A stretch of DNA of 64,000 nt from a candidate division FCPU426 bacterium. Its GTDB lineage: Bacteria; Oederibacteriota; Muellerivitia; Muellerivitales; Muellerivitaceae. The notes beneath the pieces were generated by a model, which did no database searches, was not told where the DNA came from, and saw nothing but the letters and a program-made list of their open reading frames with translations. This document shows, in pieces, positions 59,401 to 64,000 of the stretch. The DNA is taken from the NCBI GenBank assembly GCA_963796105.1, contig CAWCKJ010000003.1:416001-480000 (forward strand), in the 5' to 3' direction. Made by a program: the position numbers and the translations under genes. Position 1 is the first letter of the stretch. Each line of letters starts with the position of its first letter.

Positions 59401-62400
59401 AGGTTGGAGTCGCCGTCAATGTCGGCGTATTTGTCAGTGTCGGGGTCGAGGTTCTCGTTGGAGTTATGGTAGGCGTATTTGTCGGTGAAGTCGTGCCCGT
59501 GTTGGTATAAGTAACGGTATTAGTTACTGTTGGAGTATTAGTTGAAGTGGCGGTATTAGTGGGTGTGTTAGTTCTCGTCAGTGTTGGGGTAAGGGTAAAT
59601 GTATTTGTCGGCGAAGAGGTTGCTGTGTTGGTTTGTGTGTTTGTCCTTGTTGGTGTTTGGGTTTGCGTCGCTGTATTTGAAGGCGTAATTGTTTGAGTGT
59701 TTGTCGGTGAAGAGGTCGCTGTGCTGGTCTGCGTGTTTGTCCTTGTTGGTGTCTGGGTTTGCGTCGCTGTATTCGTAGGCGTAATTGTTTGAGTGTTTGT
59801 CGGCGAAGAGGTCGCTGTGCTGGTCTGAGTGTTTGTCCTTGTTGGCGTCTGGGTTAAAGTCGCGGTATTCGTGCTTGTATTAGTTTGAGTATTTGTCCTT
59901 GTTGGTGTTTGGGTTTGCGTCGCTGTATTCGTAGGCGTAATTGTTTGAGTGTTTGTCGGCGAAGAGGTCGCTGTGCTGGTCTGAGTGTTTGTCCTTGTTG
60001 GCGTCTGGGTTTGTGTCGCGGTATTCGTAGCTGTATTAGTCTGGGTATTTGTCCTTGTTGGTGTTTGGGTTTGCGTCGCTGTATTCGTAGGCGTAATTGT
60101 TTGAGTGTTTGTCGGCGAAGAGGTCGCTGTGCTGGTCTGAGTGTTTGTCCTTGTTGGCGTCTGAGTTTGTGTCGCGGTATTCGTAGCTGTATTAATCTGA
60201 GTATTTGTCCTTGTTGGTGTTTGGGTTTGCGTCGCTGTATTTGTAGGCGTAATTGTTTGAGTGTTTGTCGGAGAAGGGGTTGCTGTGTTGGTCTGAGTAT
60301 TGGTTCTTGTTGGCGTCTGGGTCTGTGTCGCGGTATTCGTAGTTGTATTAGTCTGAGTATTTGTTCGTGTTGGGGTTTGGGTTTGCGTCGCTGTATTCGT
60401 AGGCGTAATTGTTTGAGTGTTTGTTTGAGTACTCGTTGGCGTAATAGTTAAAGTCGGGGTCTTTGTATAGGTTGCTGTATTGGCGGGCGGAATAGTGGCG
60501 GTATAGGTAGGAGTACCTGTCGGAGGATTATTCGTTAAAATACAAACCTCATCTACCCAGAAAGTCACCGAAGCGGTGTTGTTAGACTCGGATTCCCACA
60601 TGAGACCCGTAACTTGAGTTAAAGCCTGCGCCAAAGTCGGCGGGTTGGTCATCGACCCCCAAGATTCCCGGGTTATGCTTGAAAGCGGAACGGTATAAAG
60701 CGTCCACGCTGTGCTTGGAGAATCAATGCTATACCCATAGTCGTCACTGTCTCCCGCATCAATTGTGGGATTTTTCACCTCAAAACGGAAGGTTGTAGCG
60801 CTAGATGAAGCTTTAAAATAGAAACTAAATCCATTACAGAAATATGCCAAATTCTCGTTCGTACCTGAATTCGGTATCAATCCTTCAAGTGCAAATCCAT
60901 CCGTGCTTGAATTAGGGGACGTTCCATATTCCATAGCACAATAATTTGTTCCATTGGCACCAGGGGTTTGTAATGAAGCCGTTCCATTCGTTCCGTTTCC
61001 CCAATGCGTGGTGCTCATCAAGCCACCGAAAGTATCGTATAAAGTTTGTTGTTCGTTATTATCGAAAACATAGCATTGCTGGGTAGGAGTGATCGTAGCT
61101 GTAGGGCCGCCAGTATTTGTTTTAGTTGGAGTTTGTGTAGCCGTCGGACAGGTTCCAATAAATTGAAGATCATTGAAATAAAGAGTCGCGGTAGAACCCG
61201 CAGTAGCGAAATTGACTTCCACGTCAATTTCCCAAATATTAGATTGCGTGACACCTGTGAAGGAAAATGACGACAAGGGAATACTTACAGCCGTCCAACT
61301 ATTTGTCAGCGACGTGGCAAAGGTCACAGCACTGCTTTTGTTGTTGCTTGAATCGACCAAGTAAACATAAGCCGCAGAAATCCCAGGACTTGCCGTCGAG
61401 CTTTCAATCGCAAAGTCCAGGCAGCTTTGATTGGCAACATTGATATAACATTTGGAATTGCCAGTAAAAGACCCCGCCCAGTTGTAGCCCACCTCAGCCC
61501 AGTTCGCTGTTCCAGTCGAAGCCATGCTCATGACCAAACCTGTCGTGGCTCCGCTGGCGGCATATGCCGCCGCAGTGGACTGGGTGATATTAGTGGAAGT
61601 TGAAACAGGGGATCCCCACGTTGAAGCAGCCACTCCATCGTAAGTTACGCTTCCGTTATAGAGCGTGGTCCCGCAACCACTGCACGGCGCAGGAGTATTC
61701 GTATATGTGGGTGTATTGCCGATTGTATTCGTACGAGTAGGGGTTGAAGTGGCCGAGCAGGTCCCTACGAAGGTTATATCGTTCATATAGAGAGTTGCCG
61801 CAGTTCCAGCAGTTGAATACAGTGCTTCCACATCAAGTTCCCAGGTATTGCTCGTGACGAATGTAGAAGGGTATGTAAATGAAGACATCTGGACGTTTAC
61901 GGATGTCCAACTATTGGTGATGGTTGTGGATAAGGTCACTGGATTGGATTTTGTGTTATTAGAATCCACCAAGAAAATGACCACAGCGGCGATTCCTGGG
62001 CTGGCAGTTGAACTCTCAATAGCGAAATCCAAACATGTTTGAGCGGCGGCATTGATATAGGCCTTGGAATTACCCGTATAAGAGCCGGCCCAGTTATAAC
62101 CTACCTCGGCCCAGTTCCCAGTTCCCGTCGAAGCCATACTCATAACCAAACCTGTTGTCGCTCCGCTCGCGGCATAAGCCGCCGCTGTGGACTGGGTAAT
62201 ATTTGTTGAAGTCGAAACCGGCGAGCCCCAAGTCGAAGCAGCTACCCCGTCATAAGTCTCACTTCCGTTGTAAATTGTCGTCGCACAGCCGCTGCAAGGA
62301 GGAAGTGTAGGTGTTATGGTAGGAGTACTGGTTTTAGTTGGAGTAAATGTAGGTGTCGCTGTAGGACCATTCGTAAAAGTCCGGGTAGGAGTGTTCGTGT

Positions 62401-63394
62401 TCACAGGCGTAGAATTGCATCCCGGTACCTGTCCGCTCGTCGAAGGGTTTCCAGGAGGCGCCGCTTCACTCGGAGAATAACTTCCGCCGTTCAACCCAAT
62501 TGTGACTGGAGTGTTTGATTCCCAGCTAGTGATTTGAAAATATTCCGTCCCCGAGTAGGCGCTGCTGCCGTACCAAAAATTCGGAAGACTGCTGCCAGTA
62601 TCCCGGGTGATGGACGTGAAAGGGCCAGAAGAACTTGAGCCATAAGCCACTGATTTGATTGGAATAATCGTATCCAGGAACATAAGCGGGTTCCATCCGC
62701 TTGACGCACTGTTAGCCCATTCATAGGCGATGTTTCCAGTCGTGTTATCAAAGGTAACTGCGGCTTGTCCAGTCAAGGGGCATTGAACAAAATACCACTC
62801 AACAGTCGAATTATCACGTCCGGATTGATCGGTGTTACTTGGAAAGCTTGCGTTATTTGATAAATAATTATAAGCGGTTAGAGAAATGTCCAAGTGGTAT
62901 GACCCGTTCCAACAGTTATTTAGGTTAACTCCTCCCACCGGGCATTCATCCACAATCATGACGGTACAAGCCCTGGCATTCGAAGTGTTCGTTAATGCCG
63001 CACAGGCGCCACATACAACCCCTCCTTCGCCACCACCGTTTCCACCAGACGCTGATGTATCCCCAAAGTCATAACTGTCAATGGCGGCAAAATAGTTCGG
63101 ATCATAAGTACCAGTGGGGTAACCACAAGCTGTTAAAGTAGGAGCTGTGTAATAGGTCGGCTGGTTCTCTTGGTATATCTGCTGTGTGTCTCCGGGGCAA
63201 AACTGAGGAGTCGCTATAAGGGTAGGAATGGCTACCGCGGAAGTGGACGCAGTGTGGATTGTTTGCGCAGACAAAAATGTTACGTTATTCACCCAAAATA
63301 TAACAGCTAATAGGGTGAAAACCCCAAAATGAAGATCAAATTTTCTTTGGAAAACCGGTTTCATAACGCCAACTTCTTTTATATTGTTTTTCAA
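56453..63394 (-). CDS. Giant secreted expansin-like protein with duplicated CBM-like modules, a CIA30/CBM11-like module, a Thr-rich stalk, an Ig-like domain and a YPNP/FlgD-Ig CTD
   Basis: DPBB/expansin motifs [26 protein letters not shown], followed by an aromatic CBM63-like domain. Two near-identical ~180-aa beta-sandwich modules. [76 protein letters not shown]. Confidence 0.78.
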   Translation of the reverse strand: MKNNIKEVGVMKPVFQRKFDLHFGVFTLLAVIFWVNNVTFLSAQTIHTASTSAVAIPTLIATPQFCPGDTQQIYQENQPTYYTAPTLTACGYPTGTYDPNYFAAIDSYDFGDTSASGGNGGGEGGVVCGACAALTNTSNARACTVMIVDECPVGGVNLNNCWNGSYHLDISLTAYNYLSNNASFPSNTDQSGRDNSTVEWYFVQCPLTGQAAVTFDNTTGNIAYEWANSASSGWNPLMFLDTIIPIKSVAYGSSSSGPFTSITRDTGSSLPNFWYGSSAYSGTEYFQITSWESNTPVTIGLNGGSYSPSEAAPPGNPSTSGQVPGCNSTPVNTNTPTRTFTNGPTATPTFTPTKTSTPTITPTLPPCSGCATTIYNGSETYDGVAASTWGSPVSTSTNITQSTAAAYAASGATTGLVMSMASTGTGNWAEVGYNWAGSYTGNSKAYINAAAQTCLDFAIESSTASPGIAAVVIFLVDSNNTKSNPVTLSTTITNSWTSVNVQMSSFTYPSTFVTSNTWELDVEALYSTAGTAATLYMNDITFVGTCSATSTPTRTNTIGNTPTYTNTPAPCSGCGTTLYNGSVTYDGVAASTWGSPVSTSTNITQSTAAAYAASGATTGLVMSMASTGTANWAEVGYNWAGSFTGNSKCYINVANQSCLDFAIESSTASPGISAAYVYLVDSSNNKSSAVTFATSLTNSWTAVSIPLSSFSFTGVTQSNIWEIDVEVNFATAGSTATLYFNDLQFIGTCPTATQTPTKTNTGGPTATITPTQQCYVFDNNEQQTLYDTFGGLMSTTHWGNGTNGTASLQTPGANGTNYCAMEYGTSPNSSTDGFALEGLIPNSGTNENLAYFCNGFSFYFKASSSATTFRFEVKNPTIDAGDSDDYGYSIDSPSTAWTLYTVPLSSITRESWGSMTNPPTLAQALTQVTGLMWESESNNTASVTFWVDEVCILTNNPPTGTPTYTATIPPANTATYTKTPTLTITPTSTQTNTQTITPTNTATQTQTPTRTNTQTNTTTNTATQTQTPTRTNTQTNTATPSPTNTQTITPTNTATQTQTPTRTNTQINTATNTATQTQTPTRTNTQTSTATSSPTNTQTITPTNTATQTQTPTRTNTQTNTATNTATQTQTPTRTNTQTSTATSSPTNTQTITPTNTATQTQTPTRTNTQTNTSTNTATLTQTPTRTNTQTSTATSSPTNTQTITPTNTATQTQTPTRTNTQTSTATSSPTNTQTITPSNTATQTQTPTRTNTQTNTATSSPTNTFTLTPTLTRTNTPTNTATSTNTPTVTNTVTYTNTGTTSPTNTPTITPTRTSTPTLTNTPTLTATPTLTNTSTSTLTPTRTFTSTPSNTQTNTATNTPTGTPTPTLTRTNTPTNTATPTVTPTATNTTTGTTSPTNTPTITPTRTSTPTLTNTPTSTATSTSTNTSTSTFTPTRTFTSTPSNTQTNTATNTPTGTPTPTLTRTNTPTNTATPTVTPTATNTTTGTTSPTNTPTITPTRTSTPTLTNTPTSTLTNTLTNTLTPTRTSTSTPSNTPTGTPTYSGTPTPTLTRTNTPTNTATPTVTPTATNTTTGTTSPTNTPTITPTRTSTLTLTNTPTSTATSTSTNTSTSTLTPTRTFTSTPSNTQTNTVTNTPTGTPTYSGTPTPTLTRTNTPTNTATPTVTPTSTNTTTGTTSPTNTPTITPTRTSTSTLTNTPTSTSTNTLTNTLTPTKTSTSTPSNTPTGTPTYSATLTPTLTRTNTPTITLTPTNTQTGTQSPTNTPTITSTYTSTPTSTNTITMTNTATPTNTATNTPTHTSTPTLTSTHTVTSTSTFTSTPTNTLTGTPTNTRTNTPTYTSTNSPTNTYTSTNTPTHTLTSTPTNSPTSTFTPTQTNTPTITNTPTNTPTGTQSPTSTPTITPTKSLTPTFTNTPTPTSTPTFTSTLTLTYTPTLTSTLTPTNTFSPTWTPTSTPTNTPTETFTSTWTNTPTITYTPTNTPTGTQSPTNTPTVTPTYTATPTLTNTSTATNTFTFTPTNTFTHTLTNTPTTTPTMTFTSTTTWTSTATCTFSSTPTITPTSTSTVVTVQANQVSSSPTTQIPGATGVTVLQVQFTNPSSSTVTLTSLTLTVTGTGNPADMGPVTLLENGVPIATGILGSGAATFTINNTLGSNGNTYMVVTSFSSSASGTYIVSATGATGTNGQTVRVNGLPVAGAVVDVAAPTQTFTPTVTLTPTLVAKPTCIPPYPNPVVNGPVSLQISVPGTTVVKWSVFSLALRKIVGGEITITNTGLIVWDLKDQYGKQVADGLYYLRVEMYGLQTMDKVYKILVLK
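57205..60520 (-). repeat. Thr-rich coding repeat with higher-order units (five copies of a 156-bp unit; five copies of a 264-300-bp unit)
   Basis: GCGTCGCTGTATT recurs at 59761, 59917, 60073, 60229 and 60385. AGGTTC(G/T)CGTTGG recurs at 58321, 58621, 58885, 59167 and 59449. Confidence 0.9.
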
Positions 63395-63706
63395 TTTTTC
63401 TGTCCCTCAAACCTTAAAATGATTTCCTCAAACTTTTAAAAAGCTCAAAATCATTAAACAAGCTTCACTGAAATATTACCGCAATTTTGGTAAAAAACCA
63501 AAGTTTTCAAAGAATTTATCTCTCTTTAGTGAACCGTGTTTTAACGGTAAATCCTTTTTCGTTATTTTTTACTGAAACACACAACATTTAATGGTTTTTC
63601 CCTGTTTTTATCCACAATATATAGACGGAGTTGCTTGTCTTTTATTCCCAATTATAAAATTATTCCTTCTTTTGGATAATTTCTTAAAAAGGATTTTAAG
63701 AATAAC

Positions 63707-64000
63707 ATGTTAAAAAATAAAAAAAGTTTTACCTCCTTTTTCCTAATGATAACTCTGATATCCACTTCGATTGCTTACATAGGTGGTTGTGGCAACTCCG
63801 GTCAAGTACAGCAAGTTGACAAGCCCGGCGGTTTAACCCTTGGGGATAAAGCGGCTGATTTTAGCTTAATGGATGAAAATGGGCATTTGTTCAAATCATC
63901 CGAGGTCCAACCCGGATGGTTCCTCATCCTTATTTTTTACCGCGGTTACTGGTGTGGCGATTGCAAGAATCAGCTTTGGAATCTCAAGCAGGATTACTCC
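63707..64000 (+). CDS. AhpC/TSA (peroxiredoxin-like redoxin) lipoprotein, partial
   Basis: Hand translation: MLKNKK...IAYIGGC (lipobox-like)...LGDKAADFSLMDENG...LIFYRGYWCGDC. Runs off the right edge. Confidence 0.8.
   Translation, partial: MLKNKKSFTSFFLMITLISTSIAYIGGCGNSGQVQQVDKPGGLTLGDKAADFSLMDENGHLFKSSEVQPGWFLILIFYRGYWCGDCKNQLWNLKQDYS

Noticed and set aside
59761..60420. Regularly spaced repeats resembling a CRISPR array
   Set aside because: The intervening sequence is also repeated, the period is a multiple of 3 inside an ORF, and no cas genes are present.
45257..60451. Long plus-strand Val/Gly- and Arg/Gly/Cys-rich ORFs (e.g. 52270-54138, 51921-53762, 46034-46759)
   Set aside because: These are antisense shadows of the Thr-Pro codon repeats, which lack stop codons on the opposite strand. 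They show no RBS or domain evidence.
63608..63616. Perfect DnaA box TTATCCACA (another at 22730-22738)
   Set aside because: Isolated single boxes with no cluster and no dnaA/dnaN context; not evidence for oriC.

Overview
AT-rich bacterial window in which essentially every gene lies on the minus strand. (1) Positions 1-34.4 kb hold a large flagellar cluster. The order is Firmicutes-like (flgBC-fliEFGHIJ-motAB-fliLMY-fliOPQR-flhBAF-fliA-fapA), but the diderm ring genes are also present (flgFG-flgA-flgH-flgI-flgJ, then yvyF-like, flgM, flgN, flgK). Two PorV/UPF0164-like outer-membrane beta-barrel genes, one with FN3 domains and one with an FlgD-Ig-like domain, are wedged into the rod/ring operon. 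A ~165-bp IS200/IS605-like miniature element lies just upstream of that operon. fliK, flgD, flgE and flhG are missing from their usual positions. (2) Positions 34.6-44.5 kb carry an HspR-like MerR regulator with tandem NrdR-box-like sites, a GAF-GAF-GGEEF diguanylate cyclase, an unannotated 34-aa bS22-like ribosomal protein, mtnA, PNP, a DUF167 pseudogene, yggT, proC, yggS, secFD and trxA. (3) Positions 44.8-63.4 kb encode three tandem giant secreted proteins. Their heads are a GH116 glycosidase, DUF11/lectin-like domains, and expansin plus CBM-like domains. Each has a Thr/Pro stalk of roughly 750-1100 aa and a C-terminal YPNP/FlgD-Ig (T9SS-CTD-like) sorting domain. A partial redoxin lipoprotein begins at the right edge. 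The best candidate for a novel system is a T9SS-like export and surface-display route (PorV-like barrels plus CTD-tagged stalked carbohydrate-active proteins) in a flagellated, apparently non-Bacteroidota diderm, with the barrels genetically tied to the flagellar basal body. All family calls come from motif recognition by eye; no database searches were run.
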